A stretch of DNA of 64,000 nucleotides from an uncultured Chloroflexia bacterium (GTDB lineage Bacteria; Chloroflexota; Limnocylindria; Limnocylindrales; CSP1-4), in contig CAVQJC010000004.1 in the NCBI GenBank assembly GCA_963712745.1, positions 32,001-96,000 of the forward strand, in the 5' to 3' direction. Within the stretch, counting starts at the first letter, position 1, and every line of letters starts with the position of its first letter. A program made the translations under genes and the position numbers. Shown piece after piece: positions 1 through 11,021 of this stretch. Below the pieces are notes generated by a model. The model saw only the letters and a list, made by a program, of their open reading frames with translations, ran no database searches and was not told the origin of the DNA.

Positions 1-310
1 CTACGCCCGGCCGGTCGATGAGTGGGCGGCACGTCTGACCGGTCCCGCCACCTTCATCGAGGGTACGGTCCAGGCGCAGGGAGCAGACGGGCCGGGACGC
101 TACCTGGTCCGACCTGACTGGGTCCGCTTCGACGGGCCACTCGCCGCGACCGTCGATGACGTGCGCTATCGCGGCACGCACACCGACTACCGGCTGCGGA
201 CCGACCTTGGTCCGCTCCTGCTGCGACAGCCGGGCCCGGCCCGGTTCGAGACCGGGGACGAGACGAGCTGCGTCATCGACCGCGTCTGGCGCATGCCCAC
301 GCCTCGATGA
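1..310 (+). CDS. ABC transporter ATP-binding protein, C-terminal part (5' truncated by window edge)
   Basis: Frame 2 is open from the edge: YARPVDEWAARLTG...LVRPDWV...VDDVRYRG, resembling the post-ATPase linker and TOBE region of PotA/FbpC-type ATPases; TGA at 308-310. Confidence 0.65.
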   Translation, partial: YARPVDEWAARLTGPATFIEGTVQAQGADGPGRYLVRPDWVRFDGPLAATVDDVRYRGTHTDYRLRTDLGPLLLRQPGPARFETGDETSCVIDRVWRMPTPR

Positions 311-344
311 GAGAGCGTGACGCCTATCCTGTAGCGAGACCACG

Positions 345-1065
345 ATGACACGCGAATCGACCGAGATCTCCGCCGCCGAACAGGCCTATCTGCTGGCCAT
401 CCGCCAGTCCCGCGGGGGTCAGCGCCTGTGCCGCAGCCGACCTCGCGCGTCGGATGCGCGTGTCGCCCCAGGCCACGAGCGAGATGCTGCGCCGGCTTTC
501 GAGCGGGGGCCTGGTGACCATCGGCGAGGGGCGCGACGTGGAGCTGAGCTCACGCGGCAGTGCGGAGGCGGACGCCATCTATCGTCGTCACGCACTGGCC
601 GAGTGGTTGCTCAGCTCGGTCCTGGGCATCCCCTGGGCGGAGACCGATCCGGAGGCCATCCGGCTGCAGTCGCACATCTCGCCACGCGTGGAGGCGGCGC
701 TCGATGAGCTCCTGGGCCACCCCGAGATCTGTCCGCACGGCAACCCCATCGACGAGGCCACCGCCAACCGGCGGCCAGCCGGCGTGCCGCTGAGCGACGT
801 CGAGTCGGGTGCCCAGGTCACGATCTACCGCATCACCGAAGCCGCCGAGGACGACAGCGGGCTGGTCTCGTACCTGGAGGCCCGGGGCCTGCGGCCCGGT
901 GCCCACGTGACCATCCTGGCCCGCTCGGAGTCCACCGATTCGCTGACCCTCGAAGGTCCCCTGGGACGTGCCACGCTGGGCCTTCGTCCGGCCAGCCTCA
1001 TCCGCGTGCTGTCGGGCGACCCGGATCCGGCCCTGTTCCACCAGGTGCCCGCGCGCGGCGCTTGA
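345..1065 (+). CDS. DtxR/MntR-family regulator with FeoA domain; +1 frameshift in G5 run at 414-418 (probable sequencing error)
   Basis: N-terminus [11 protein letters not shown] (ORF 345) continues as [21 protein letters not shown] (HTH), [17 protein letters not shown] and FeoA-like [10 protein letters not shown] (frame of ORF 454); deleting one G joins the frames. Confidence 0.85.
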
Positions 1066-1120
1066 GCCCCCCGCTCGCACTCTTGAGCCCCCCACCCACA
1101 CTGACGAAGGAGTCGACCGC

Positions 1121-2155
1121 ATGCTGGTCGTGATGTCGGTCGGAGCGACCGAGGAACAGATCGCAGAGGTCCGTCGGCACATCGACGCCGATGGCATGAC
1201 GCCGCACGAAAGCCGCGGCGAGCAGCGCGTGATCATCGGAGTCGTCGGCGACGTGGGGCCACGCAAGGAACAGGTGATGAACCACCTCGCGTCGTTGCCT
1301 GGGGTGGATTCGGTCACACCCATCAGCAAGCCCTTCAAGCTCTCCTCGCGCGACTTCCATGCGGAGGATACCGTCATCAGGGTCGGCGACACCACCATCG
1401 GCGGAGGTTCGCTGACGGTCATAGCCGGGCCCTGTGCCATCGAGAGCCGGGACCAGCTGCTGCGCACCGCCGACGCGGTGGCAGAGGCAGGCGCCACCAT
1501 CCTGCGCGGCGGTGCCTTCAAGCCGCGCACGAGCCCGTACAGCTTCCAGGGCCTGGGCATGGACGGTGTGCGCTTCCTGACCGAGGCCCGGGAGCGGACC
1601 GGGCTGCCCGTCGTCACCGAGGTCATGGAGCCCGGACAGGTCGAGCAGGTCGCGCTGCACGCGGACATCATCCAGATCGGTGCGCGCAACATGCAGAACT
1701 TCCCGCTGCTGATGGCGGCCGGCCGGGTGCAGCGGCCGGTCATGCTCAAGCGCGGCATCTCCGCCACCATCGAGGAGTGGCTGATGGCGGCCGAGTACAT
1801 CGTCAGCTCGGGCAACCCGCAGGTCATCCTCTGCGAACGCGGCATCCGCACCTTCGAGACCTACACTCGCAACACGCTCGACCTCACGGCTGTGCCGCTG
1901 CTGCACAAGCTCACCCACCTGCCGGTCATCGTCGATCCCTCCCACGCCACGGGCAAGCGCTGGCTGGTGCCGCCCATGGCGGTGGCAGCGGTGGCCGGCG
2001 GTGCGGACGGCATCATGGTCGAGGTGCATCCGCAGCCGGACGACGCCCTGTCCGACGGGGAGCAGTCGCTCACCCTGGAGATGTTCGCGGAGATGGCGCC
2101 GGTGCTGCGCACGGTGCACGACCAGGCGGCCGCACTGGTCATGCGCGACCTGTAG
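1121..2155 (+). CDS. aroF: 3-deoxy-7-phosphoheptulonate (DAHP) synthase, type I-beta, with N-terminal regulatory domain
   Basis: [44 protein letters not shown] motifs; AAGGAG RBS before ATG 1121. Confidence 0.95.
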   Translation: MLVVMSVGATEEQIAEVRRHIDADGMTPHESRGEQRVIIGVVGDVGPRKEQVMNHLASLPGVDSVTPISKPFKLSSRDFHAEDTVIRVGDTTIGGGSLTVIAGPCAIESRDQLLRTADAVAEAGATILRGGAFKPRTSPYSFQGLGMDGVRFLTEARERTGLPVVTEVMEPGQVEQVALHADIIQIGARNMQNFPLLMAAGRVQRPVMLKRGISATIEEWLMAAEYIVSSGNPQVILCERGIRTFETYTRNTLDLTAVPLLHKLTHLPVIVDPSHATGKRWLVPPMAVAAVAGGADGIMVEVHPQPDDALSDGEQSLTLEMFAEMAPVLRTVHDQAAALVMRDL

Positions 2156-2218
2156 CTCTCCGGCCCGACTGACCAACTCGCGCGGCCTCCGCGCGCAGAC
2201 GCGCGCAGGCCGGCGGCG

Positions 2219-3181
2219 CTAGTGGCCGCGCTCGCCCCTGACGTACGCGGTGCCCAGTGCGGCCGGCGCTCCGATGCGCTTGCGGTTGGCCTCACGCGCG
2301 GCCACGATGAGCACGAGGATGACCATGGCGTAGGGCAGCATGCCCAGGAAGAATGTCGACGGCTGGTACTCGTAGAAGATGTTGGGGATGCCGAAGAAGT
2401 CCTTGGGGCCCTGCAGGTCGAGCGCAAGCCGGAAGATGAAGGCCACCATGTAGGCCCCGAAGGCAGTGCGACCCGGACGCCACTGGCCGAAGATGACGAG
2501 GGCCACGGCGATCCAGCCCTGGACGACGAACGTCTTGTCGGCGTGCCACCCCGGCGCCAGCGACATGGTCATGAAGGCCCCCGCCAGGCCGGCCAGCGCG
2601 CCGCCGAGCATGACGTACACATAGCGCTGGCGGTAGACGTTGACGCCAAGGGCGTCAGCCGCGCTGGGCTGCTCGCCCACTGCGCGCAGGTGCAGGCCGG
2701 GACGGGTGCGGAAGATCCAGACCGAGGTCAGCGGCACCAGCAGGTAGCCCACGTAGACCAGGATGGAGTGGTCGGCGAAGAAGACCGGGCCGATGAAGGG
2801 GATGGCCGAGAGCAGTGGGATGCTCAGCACCGGCAGGAGGGGCGCACTGCCCGAGGGCAGCCCTTCACCCAGGACCAGGGCCAATCCGGTGCCCAGGAAC
2901 GTCAGCGCCAGACCGGACACGATCTGGTTCGCTTGCAGGTGGATGGTCACGATGCCGTGCAGGCCGGCCAGCGCGGCGCCGGCGACCATGGCCAACAGGA
3001 CGCCCAGCCAGGGATCGACCTCATAGCCGATCCAGAAGCCGATCACCGCACCCATGAACATCATGCCCTGCACGCCGAGGTTGAGGACCCCCGCGCGTTC
3101 GGCGAAGAGTTCGCCGATGGCGGCGAGCAGGAACAGGGTGCCGCCGGCGATGCCGGCGTAGAGGGCGAGCTCGAGATTCAT
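2219..3181 (-). CDS. BMP-type (nucleoside/simple sugar) ABC transporter permease
   Basis: [48 protein letters not shown] motifs of BPD_transp_2 permeases. Confidence 0.9.
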   Translation of the reverse strand: MNLELALYAGIAGGTLFLLAAIGELFAERAGVLNLGVQGMMFMGAVIGFWIGYEVDPWLGVLLAMVAGAALAGLHGIVTIHLQANQIVSGLALTFLGTGLALVLGEGLPSGSAPLLPVLSIPLLSAIPFIGPVFFADHSILVYVGYLLVPLTSVWIFRTRPGLHLRAVGEQPSAADALGVNVYRQRYVYVMLGGALAGLAGAFMTMSLAPGWHADKTFVVQGWIAVALVIFGQWRPGRTAFGAYMVAFIFRLALDLQGPKDFFGIPNIFYEYQPSTFFLGMLPYAMVILVLIVAAREANRKRIGAPAALGTAYVRGERGH

Positions 3182-4290
3182 CGTCGGACCACTCGCACGC
3201 GGTAGCGCAGGAAGACGTCGCTGGTGATGACGCAGAACAGGACCACGCCCTGGATCATGGCTGGGATGCCTGCCGGCTGGATCTCACGACCGGCCAGGAT
3301 GAGCGCGCCGAAGGCGATGGCCGCGAAGATCACCCCGATGGGGTTGAAGCGCGCCAGGAAGGCCACGATGATGCCGGTGAAGCCGTAGCCGGGCGAGAAG
3401 TTGTCCTGCAGCCGATGTACGACGCCACTGATCTCCGCCGCCCCGGCCAGTCCGGCCAGGCCGCCGGAGATGAGCATGACCAGGATGATGGTGCGTCCGA
3501 TGTCGATGCCCGCGTACTTGGCTGCCCGCGGGTTGTCGCCGATGAGCCGGATCTCGTAGCCCTTGCGCGTGCGGTTCAGGAAGGCCCATAGCAGGAGCGC
3601 AGCCACCACCGCCAGCACGAAGCCGAGGTGGACGGTCAGACCGGCGAAGTCGTCGACCAGGTCGCTGTGGTCGGTCAGGCGCGGTAGCCAGGCTTCACGC
3701 GGGAAGCGGGGTGACATCTGGAAGCCACCATCGCTCCAGGGGCCAAAGACCCAGAACTTGATCCACTCGATGCTGATGTAGACCAGCATCAGCGTGGTGA
3801 TGATCTCGTTGACGTTCAGCCGCGCCCGGAGCCAGCCGGCGATACCTGCCCAGGCGGCCCCGAGTGCGATGCCGGCCAGCATCATCAGCGGCAGGAAGAT
3901 GAAGCTGGGCGTGCCCTCTGGCAGCCAGCCCACCAGCACGATGGCGCTGGCACCCCAGGCGCCCATCATCAGCTGGCCTTCGGCACCGATGTTCCACAGG
4001 CGCATACGGAAGGCGACTGCGCAGGCCAACCCGGTGAAGATGAGCGGGGTGGCCTTGACCAGCGTGTCCGAGAGCACCCCTACGCTGCCGAGGGAGGAGC
4101 GCACGATGTGGGCGTAGGCGTCGAGCGGGTCGCCGCCGATGAGCCAGATGATCACGGCCGAGATGAGCAGGGCTACGATGAAGGCACCGATGGTCGTGGC
4201 CACGCCCAGGCCTCGCGGCGTCTCCAGCCGCCGCTCCATCTGGAGCGTGAACGGGATCAGGTGACGCCGGCTGGGGTTGGCCGCGCTCAT
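3178..4290 (-). CDS. BMP-type ABC transporter permease
   Basis: WNIGAEGQ, NEIITTLML, GYEIRLIGDNPRAAKYAGI, GYGFTGI motifs; 4-nt overlap with both neighbours. Confidence 0.9.
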   Translation of the reverse strand: MSAANPSRRHLIPFTLQMERRLETPRGLGVATTIGAFIVALLISAVIIWLIGGDPLDAYAHIVRSSLGSVGVLSDTLVKATPLIFTGLACAVAFRMRLWNIGAEGQLMMGAWGASAIVLVGWLPEGTPSFIFLPLMMLAGIALGAAWAGIAGWLRARLNVNEIITTLMLVYISIEWIKFWVFGPWSDGGFQMSPRFPREAWLPRLTDHSDLVDDFAGLTVHLGFVLAVVAALLLWAFLNRTRKGYEIRLIGDNPRAAKYAGIDIGRTIILVMLISGGLAGLAGAAEISGVVHRLQDNFSPGYGFTGIIVAFLARFNPIGVIFAAIAFGALILAGREIQPAGIPAMIQGVVLFCVITSDVFLRYRVRVVRR

Positions 4291-5843
4291 GGCCGGGGTG
4301 CCGGTTCCACGGCTGCATCGGCCATCGAGCCGGTCATCATCAGGCCCAGTTGCTCGACCTTGGCCTCGCCGGCCGGGATGGAAGCGCTGATGTGACCTTC
4401 GTAGATGACCGCTACCCGGTCCGCCAGCATCAGGATCTCGTCGAGGTCCTCGCTGATGAGCAGCACGGCCATCCCGGCCTCGCGCTGCTTGAGCAGCAGC
4501 TTGTGCACGGTCTCGATGGCGCCGACATCAAGGCCACGCGTCGGCTGGACCGCCACCATCAGGCCTGGCTCGGAGCTGATCTCACGGGCCAGGATGAGTC
4601 GTTGCAGGTTGCCGCCCGACAGCAGCCGGGCCTCCGTGTCGATCGACGGCGCGGAGACCTCGTAGGCGTCCTTCAAGCCTTGCGCCTGGACCCGCGCCTC
4701 GCTGCTGTCGAGCGACCAGCCGTGCCCGATGGGCGCGTTGCGGTACGACTTCATGATGAGGTTGTCGGTCAGCGACAGGTTCGGGGCGGAGCCGGTGCCG
4801 GTGCGGTCCTCCGGCACGTGGGCCACGCCGGCGTCGATGGCCTCCAGCACCGGGCGATTAGCCAGCTCCTTGCCATTGACCACGATCGAACCGGTGCACT
4901 CCCGCAGCCCGGTGATGACCTCGGCCAGCTCTGATTGGCCATTGCCGGCAACCCCGGCGAGGCCGATGATCTGGCCTGAACGGATGCGCAAGTCCACACC
5001 GTCAAGGGCGGTGAGGCCCCGATCGCTGATGGCGCTGACGCCCCGCATCTCGAGCACGATCTCGCCCTGGGGTACGGCGGCCTTGTCGAGGCTCTCGAGG
5101 ACTTCCCGGCCGACCATCAGCTGGGCCAGGTCGCGCTTGGTCTTGCCGGCGGCGGGCACTCCCGCGGCGGTGACGACGCCGCGACGCATGACGGTCACGC
5201 GGTCGGCGATGGTCAGGACCTCGTCGAGCTTGTGGCTGATGTAGACGATCGAGGCGCCGGCCTTGGTCATCCGTCGCAACGTGCCGAAGAGTTCGTCGAT
5301 CTCCTGCGGCGCGAGGACGGCTGTCGGCTCGTCCATGATGAGGATGTTGGCGCCGCGGTAGAGCATCTTGAGGATCTCTACGCGCTGTTGTTCGCCAACG
5401 GACAGCTGCCAGACCTTGGCTGAGGGGTCGACCGCCAGGCCGCTCTCTTCGGCCAGAGCCCCTACCTTGGCCTCAAATCGAGGCATGTCCAGCCAGAAGC
5501 GCGGCTCGTCGAGGCCGAGCAGGATGTTCTCGGTGACGGTCAGCGAATCCACCAGCGTGAAGTGCTGGTGGACCATGCCCAGGCCGACCTCGATGGCGTC
5601 ACGCGGGGAATGGAACTCGACGGCCTCGCCGCGCACGTCGATGATGCCCTCATCGGCCTGGTAGAGGCCGGCGAGGATGTTCATTAGAGTGGACTTGCCG
5701 GCGCCGTTCTCGCCGAGGAGGGCATGGACCTCCCCGACGCGCAGATCGAAATCGACGCGGTCGTTGGCGACCACGCCGGGGAATCGCTTGACGATCCCTC
5801 GCATCGCGACTGCGAGAGCGGTGTCGGTCATTCGGGTAGGCAT
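4287..5843 (-). CDS. ABC transporter ATP-binding protein (CUT2 type, two ATPase domains)
   Basis: GENGAGKST, LSVGEQQR, ILIMDEPT, LSGGNLQR, QPTRGLD. Confidence 0.95.
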   Translation of the reverse strand: MPTRMTDTALAVAMRGIVKRFPGVVANDRVDFDLRVGEVHALLGENGAGKSTLMNILAGLYQADEGIIDVRGEAVEFHSPRDAIEVGLGMVHQHFTLVDSLTVTENILLGLDEPRFWLDMPRFEAKVGALAEESGLAVDPSAKVWQLSVGEQQRVEILKMLYRGANILIMDEPTAVLAPQEIDELFGTLRRMTKAGASIVYISHKLDEVLTIADRVTVMRRGVVTAAGVPAAGKTKRDLAQLMVGREVLESLDKAAVPQGEIVLEMRGVSAISDRGLTALDGVDLRIRSGQIIGLAGVAGNGQSELAEVITGLRECTGSIVVNGKELANRPVLEAIDAGVAHVPEDRTGTGSAPNLSLTDNLIMKSYRNAPIGHGWSLDSSEARVQAQGLKDAYEVSAPSIDTEARLLSGGNLQRLILAREISSEPGLMVAVQPTRGLDVGAIETVHKLLLKQREAGMAVLLISEDLDEILMLADRVAVIYEGHISASIPAGEAKVEQLGLMMTGSMADAAVEPAPRP

Positions 5844-5893
5844 GGAACCTCGAGGGCCTGAAGACCCCCGAGGTTGCCGTGTATTCCGGTCTG

Positions 5894-7138
5894 CTAGTTC
5901 TCGGGGGGAGCGGCGTTGACTCCCTCAGCCCACCAGTTCATGCACGTCTCGCACACCGCGCCAGTGAAGTAGCTGAACGCGTCGAGGTCTTCCTGCATGA
6001 GGGACTCGCCCTCCTCGAGGACCACGTTGCCCTGGTTGTCCATGATCGGGCCGGAGAAGACGTCGAAACGGTCGATGTCGCCGGCCAGCATGGCGGCCAG
6101 GGTGTCCTTCACCAGCTGGACGTCCTCTTCGGGAAGGTCGGCGATGCCGGGCTGCGGCTCCTCGCCGTCCATGAAGCCGTAGAGGCCCATACCACCGGAG
6201 TCGGCGTCGAAGTACACAGATCCGGGGACGTATGTGCCGGCCCGGATCTCCTCGGCGATGCGAGTGTATTCGGGGCCCCACAGCCAATAAGGGGCCGTCA
6301 GGCAGGCTGGGCTCGTGCACGAGCCGGCCCAGTCATAGGTGATGCCCCACTTGTCGCCGAGCTCTTCTGCCACTGCTGCCGGCGCGGGCGTGTCGGCGCC
6401 GGTGAAGACGACCTGGGCGCCGGCATCGAAGAGGGAGGCCGCTCCATCACGCTCGACCTGGGGGTCGTGCCAGGTGTTGATCCAGCGTACGTCCATGGTG
6501 CACTCGGGACAGGTCTGCCGTGCGCCGAGCATGAACGCGTTCCCCAGGCGCAGCTCTTCGGGGATGGGGAAGGTCGCGATGTACCCGAGCTTGGGGTTGC
6601 CGTCGACCTTGGCGCGCGACCCGGCGAGCATGCCGGAGAGGTACTTGAAGTCCTCCATGGCGCCCATGATGTTGCCGAAGTTCTGGTCGTTCGACATGAA
6701 GCCGGACACGTGAAGGAACTGCTGGTTGGGGAATTCCTCGGCGACCGCAGACATCGAATCCATGTAGCCGAAGGAGGTGCCGATGATGTAGTCGAAGCCC
6801 TTGCGGGCGAGGCTGCGGAACGCCTGCTCGGCGTCGGAGCCCTCGGCCACGTTCTCCACGTAGGCCACATGGACGCCGTCCATGTTCTCGCACATGTACT
6901 GCAGGCCCTCGAAGTGGGCCTGGCTCCAGCCGCCATCGTTGTGGGGGCCGATGAGGACCATGGCGATGTTGAACGCGCCCTCCATGGTCTCAGGTAGCTG
7001 TACGCCGCCGGAGATGGCGGAACAGTCCGTCTCTTCCTGTGCTGCGACGAGTGGGGCTCCGCTGACCCCGATAGCGCTCGCCAACAGCGCGCCCGCAAGG
7101 GTCACGCGTGCGAGCTTCGCCCACGGCTGCATGCTCAT
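5894..7138 (-). CDS. BMP-family (purine nucleoside-type) substrate-binding protein
   Basis: Signal peptide; DGGWSQAH, IIGTSFGY, ATFPIPEE, NAFMLGA, INTWHDP motifs; GGAGG before ATG 7138. Confidence 0.9.
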   Translation of the reverse strand: MSMQPWAKLARVTLAGALLASAIGVSGAPLVAAQEETDCSAISGGVQLPETMEGAFNIAMVLIGPHNDGGWSQAHFEGLQYMCENMDGVHVAYVENVAEGSDAEQAFRSLARKGFDYIIGTSFGYMDSMSAVAEEFPNQQFLHVSGFMSNDQNFGNIMGAMEDFKYLSGMLAGSRAKVDGNPKLGYIATFPIPEELRLGNAFMLGARQTCPECTMDVRWINTWHDPQVERDGAASLFDAGAQVVFTGADTPAPAAVAEELGDKWGITYDWAGSCTSPACLTAPYWLWGPEYTRIAEEIRAGTYVPGSVYFDADSGGMGLYGFMDGEEPQPGIADLPEEDVQLVKDTLAAMLAGDIDRFDVFSGPIMDNQGNVVLEEGESLMQEDLDAFSYFTGAVCETCMNWWAEGVNAAPPEN

Positions 7139-7517
7139 CCGATAGGTCCCTCCTGGTGCATCCGCCGGGAGACCGATTAGCCCGCCCCCGGTCAACCCGA
7201 CGATACGCTACACGGCAACCCGAATCAGGGCCGTTTAGGCAACACTCGGGCACCCATTCGGCACCAAGAGGGCTACCCGGCCGGCCGATCCCAGCGTGGG
7301 CGGCGGCGATACCGGCGGTGAGCCCCGCCGGTGCGCGGCCCGCGTCGGCGCGCGGCGCTCACCAGCGCGCGGCGGGTGTCGGCGCGGGGCATACTCCGTG
7401 CGTCGCCCCTGGGCTTGCGCCAACGCGACCTGGACACGGTTTGTAACAACGGGGAAGCGGCGGCCCCCACGATGGCCCCGCCGTCACCCGCTGACCACCC
7501 TCAAGGAGGAGACCTAC

Positions 7518-9155
7518 GTGGCCACGAGCGAACATGCCGGACAGCCCGCGGAACCGTCGATGCTGGTCGATCTCGACACGCTCACGGCTGCCTACTACCA
7601 ACGGACCCCCGATCCGGGCGAGCTCACGCAGCGAGTGGCCTTCGGGACCTCCGGCCACCGCGGCTCGTCGCTCACGACGTCGTTCAACGAGGCCCATATC
7701 GTGGCCACTACCGCGGCCATCTGCGCGTTCCGCCGCGAGAAGGGGTTCACGGGGCCGCTGTTCATGGGCCGTGACACCCACGCCCTGAGTGAGCCGGCCT
7801 TCCTGACGGCGCTGGAGGTGCTGGTGGCCGATGGCGTGGACGTGCGCATCGACAGCGCCGACGGCTACACGCCGACGCCCGGCGTGTCCCACGCCATCCT
7901 GACCTGGAACCGGGAGCACCGCGACGCGCTCGCCGACGGCATCGTGGTCACGCCCTCGCACAACCCGCCTGCGGACGGCGGCTTCAAGTACAACCCGCCC
8001 AGTGGGGGCCCTGCCGACGCGGACATGACGCGGGCCATCCAGGACGCTGCCAATGCGCTCCTCAGCGAGGGCCTCGATCGGGTCGCGCGAGTGCCGGCTC
8101 CGCGAGCCAAGGCCGCAGCCACCGGCTACGACTTCATGGGCAGCTATGTGGCCAGCCTTGATGATGTCATCGACATGGACGTCATCGCGGCCTCCAGCCT
8201 GCGCATCGGGGTCGATCCCCTGGGCGGTGCCGCGGTCGCGTACTGGGGCACGATCGCCGACGTTCACGGCATCGACCTGATTATCACCAACGAGACCGTC
8301 GACCCCCGCTTCGCATTCATGACCCGGGACTGGGACGGGAAGATCCGGATGGACCCTTCCTCGCCCTTCGCCATGGCCCGCCTCATCGGGCTGCGCTCCG
8401 AGTTCGACCTGGCCCTGGGCAACGACGCGGATGCCGACCGCTTCGGCGTGGTCACGCCTGGTGCTGGGTTGCTCAACCCCAACCACTATCTCGCGGCCGC
8501 GGCCTCCTACCTCTTCGGTGGGGCCCGGGATTGGGGCTTGGACGCCGCCATCGGCAAGACGCTGGTGTCGTCCAGCATGCAGGACCGCATCGCGGCCTCG
8601 CTGGGCCGGCCGCTGTACGAGGTGCCGGTCGGCTTCAAGTGGTTCGTGGACGGGCTGCTCGATGGAACGGTCGCGTTCGGAGGGGAGGAGAGTGCGGGCA
8701 TGTCCTTCCTCCGCCGCGACGGCCTGCCCTGGTCCACCGACAAGGACGGCATCATCGCCTGCCTCCTGGCCGCCGAGATGACGGCCAGGGCCGGCCGCGA
8801 TCCGGGCGAGTCGTACGCAGCACTGACAGAGCGCTTCGGGGCGCCCGTGTACAAGCGCATCGACGCCCCCGCCACGCCGGAGCAGAAGGCCGCGCTGGGA
8901 GCGCTCTCGCCTGGGGCCGTGACCGCCACCGAGCTGGCCGGGGAGCCGGTCACGGCCAAGCTGACCGCGGCCCCGGGCAACGGCGCCGCCATCGGAGGCC
9001 TCAAGGTCGTCACCGAGCAAGGCTGGTTCGCAGCCCGTCCATCGGGCACGGAGAACGTGACCAAGCTCTATGCCGAGTCCTTTGTCGACGAGGCACACCT
9101 GGAGCGCATCATCGAGGAGGCGAGGGCCATCATCGAGGCGGCCCTCGACAGCTGA
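7518..9155 (+). CDS. pgm: Phosphoglucomutase (glucose-1,6-bisphosphate dependent)
   Basis: FGTSGHRG, TPSHNP, DADADR, GEESAG, RPSGTE; AAGGAGG RBS before GTG 7518. Confidence 0.95.
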   Translation: MATSEHAGQPAEPSMLVDLDTLTAAYYQRTPDPGELTQRVAFGTSGHRGSSLTTSFNEAHIVATTAAICAFRREKGFTGPLFMGRDTHALSEPAFLTALEVLVADGVDVRIDSADGYTPTPGVSHAILTWNREHRDALADGIVVTPSHNPPADGGFKYNPPSGGPADADMTRAIQDAANALLSEGLDRVARVPAPRAKAAATGYDFMGSYVASLDDVIDMDVIAASSLRIGVDPLGGAAVAYWGTIADVHGIDLIITNETVDPRFAFMTRDWDGKIRMDPSSPFAMARLIGLRSEFDLALGNDADADRFGVVTPGAGLLNPNHYLAAAASYLFGGARDWGLDAAIGKTLVSSSMQDRIAASLGRPLYEVPVGFKWFVDGLLDGTVAFGGEESAGMSFLRRDGLPWSTDKDGIIACLLAAEMTARAGRDPGESYAALTERFGAPVYKRIDAPATPEQKAALGALSPGAVTATELAGEPVTAKLTAAPGNGAAIGGLKVVTEQGWFAARPSGTENVTKLYAESFVDEAHLERIIEEARAIIEAALDS

Positions 9156-9844
9156 TGCCGGAGAGCGCCCAGGAGGCCATGCGCCGGATGCCGGTCATCC
9201 GTCCGTGGCGCAACATCGAGGTAGCGGCGACCGAGCCCTACGGACGGAAGATGTACCTGTACGTGCAGGCGGCCCCGGTCTTCGAGGAGCACGGCTACAA
9301 GGGCGCGACCATCAAGGCGCTGGCCCACGCCTGCCACCTCAGCCCGGCCTCGCTCTACCACTACTTCGGATCGAAGCGGGAGATGGCGACCTATCCGCTG
9401 ACGAGCCCGGCCATCGACTGGGACAGCGCGTACGTGGACCCGGACATCGACCCGCTGGTCCAGTTGCGCGTGATGCTGGACATGGCGGTGGCGATGTATC
9501 CGATCTGGGCGCTCGCCCTGCGCATGCACGAGGAGATCAACGGCGCTATCGACGACCGCATCCGTGCTGATGGCTGGAGGCAGGGCGAGGCTGTCTTCGG
9601 GCGGCTGCTGGTGGCTGCTGCCCCGGGCATGGACCGCCCCGGGGCCGAGCGCGTGGCACGTGACGTGCTGGCATCACTGGCCGGCACGGCCATGACGGCG
9701 CTCGACTCCGATGTGATGACTGTCCAGCAGGAACGGATGCGCTCCGTGCTGAGAGCCAGCCTGGTACCGGACCACCTTGACGGCCAGCGCTTCGACACCA
9801 TCATGGAGGCTCCTGCGCCGACCGAGCCGCCGACTTCCGAATAG
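9155..9844 (+). CDS. TetR/AcrR-family regulator
   Basis: HTH VFEEHGYKGATIKALAHACHLSPASLYHYFGSK; TGATG overlap with pgm stop. Confidence 0.8.
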   Translation: MPESAQEAMRRMPVIRPWRNIEVAATEPYGRKMYLYVQAAPVFEEHGYKGATIKALAHACHLSPASLYHYFGSKREMATYPLTSPAIDWDSAYVDPDIDPLVQLRVMLDMAVAMYPIWALALRMHEEINGAIDDRIRADGWRQGEAVFGRLLVAAAPGMDRPGAERVARDVLASLAGTAMTALDSDVMTVQQERMRSVLRASLVPDHLDGQRFDTIMEAPAPTEPPTSE

Positions 9845-9914
9845 AACGGCCGACTGATTCGGTCAGGTATCCCATACCTTCTGGCTGCATCTTTCGCAGC
9901 CAGAGAGGTATCCC

Positions 9915-10550
9915 ATGACCGAGGGAATGTCCCAGGCAGTCGACTACCGGGCGCGGTCGCGCACAGGCCCCAAGGGCCCCAGTCCGCGGGCCGCGAGCCG
10001 CGCCCTCTATGCAGCCGTGGTGACGATGATCGCCTCGATGGTGGCTATCTCGCTCTTCTTCGGCGGCGCCGGAGCCTTCTGGGGCCCGGTGAACGACCTG
10101 TTCGTGGTAGCCACCGTGCTCCTGTTACTGCCGGCCATGGCCGTGCTCTACCGCCTGGCCGGTGGTCGCGCTGGCACGTGGTTCAAGATCCTGACGGTCG
10201 CCGCAGCCGCTGGCGTGCTGCTCATCGCCGTCGGCCAGTTGGCGCTGGTGGCTGGCCTCATCACGCTCGACGCGTCGTTCACGACCGGTGGCCTCGGCGT
10301 GCTGCCCGTCATCGCGTGGATCGGCGGGACGGGTCTGCTGGCCCGGCGCACGCCCATACTCGGCCGGGCTGTGGGCTGGTGGGCCCTGGCCTTCCTGGCC
10401 CTCATCGGCCTGACCATCGTGGTCGTGCCCGCCACCGGCCTCGACATGGCCACGATGACGTTCTTCCTGGGCGGGCCCTTGATGATCGCGCTCTTCGGCT
10501 GGATGGTGAGCCTGGCCCGGGACCTCGCCCGGGCCGAGAGGCCCGCCTGA
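9915..10550 (+). CDS. Hypothetical integral membrane protein
   Basis: About six hydrophobic segments; GAGG before ATG. Confidence 0.7.
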   Translation: MTEGMSQAVDYRARSRTGPKGPSPRAASRALYAAVVTMIASMVAISLFFGGAGAFWGPVNDLFVVATVLLLLPAMAVLYRLAGGRAGTWFKILTVAAAAGVLLIAVGQLALVAGLITLDASFTTGGLGVLPVIAWIGGTGLLARRTPILGRAVGWWALAFLALIGLTIVVVPATGLDMATMTFFLGGPLMIALFGWMVSLARDLARAERPA

Positions 10551-10556
10551 GGCTCG

Positions 10557-10935
10557 CTAGCTGAAGAACTCCGTGATGCGGGCGGTGTCATCCGAGAAGG
10601 CCCACCGCTCGCTGATCTTGCCGTCCTTCAAGTGGAAGATCTCGGCGGTGTTGTAGTCGAGAGACTGATCGCCGCGAGTGGCGTGGGCCTTCACCAGGGC
10701 CACGACGTGATCGATCGCTGGCGGTGACATCATGGAGCTCGACGGTGATGGTGAAGTCGCTGCTCCCGCCACCGAGACCTTCCGCCATCGCGGCCTTGCC
10801 TCGCACCGGTTCCGAGGCGCCGATGACGTGCCACACGACATCGTCGGCGATCATCTCCCCGAACCCGTCGTAGTCCTGCCGGTTGAGTGCCTCGATGCTC
10901 GTGCGGATCATCTCGGCGTGTGGGTGTTCGGCCAA
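10557..10935 (-). CDS. SnoaL/NTF2-like protein; +1 frameshift near 10714 (probable sequencing error)
   Basis: IADDVVWHV..PVRGK..VELHDVTASD continues in another frame as DHVVALV..IFHLKDGKISERW. Confidence 0.8.
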
Positions 10936-11021
10936 CGTCTGACCCTCCCTAGGGCGAAGTCTGAGCCCCCGCTCGCCGCCATCAGGATAGGGGGCGTGAC
11001 AAGAGTCTCTCGCGACCCAGC

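Noticed and set aside
5846-5876. Hairpin between the BMP gene and the ATPase gene
   Set aside because: Ordinary intercistronic stem-loop of ABC operons
7140-7517. Riboswitch or ncRNA in the BMP-pgm intergenic region
   Set aside because: GC-rich inverted repeats only; no known aptamer consensus recognised by eye
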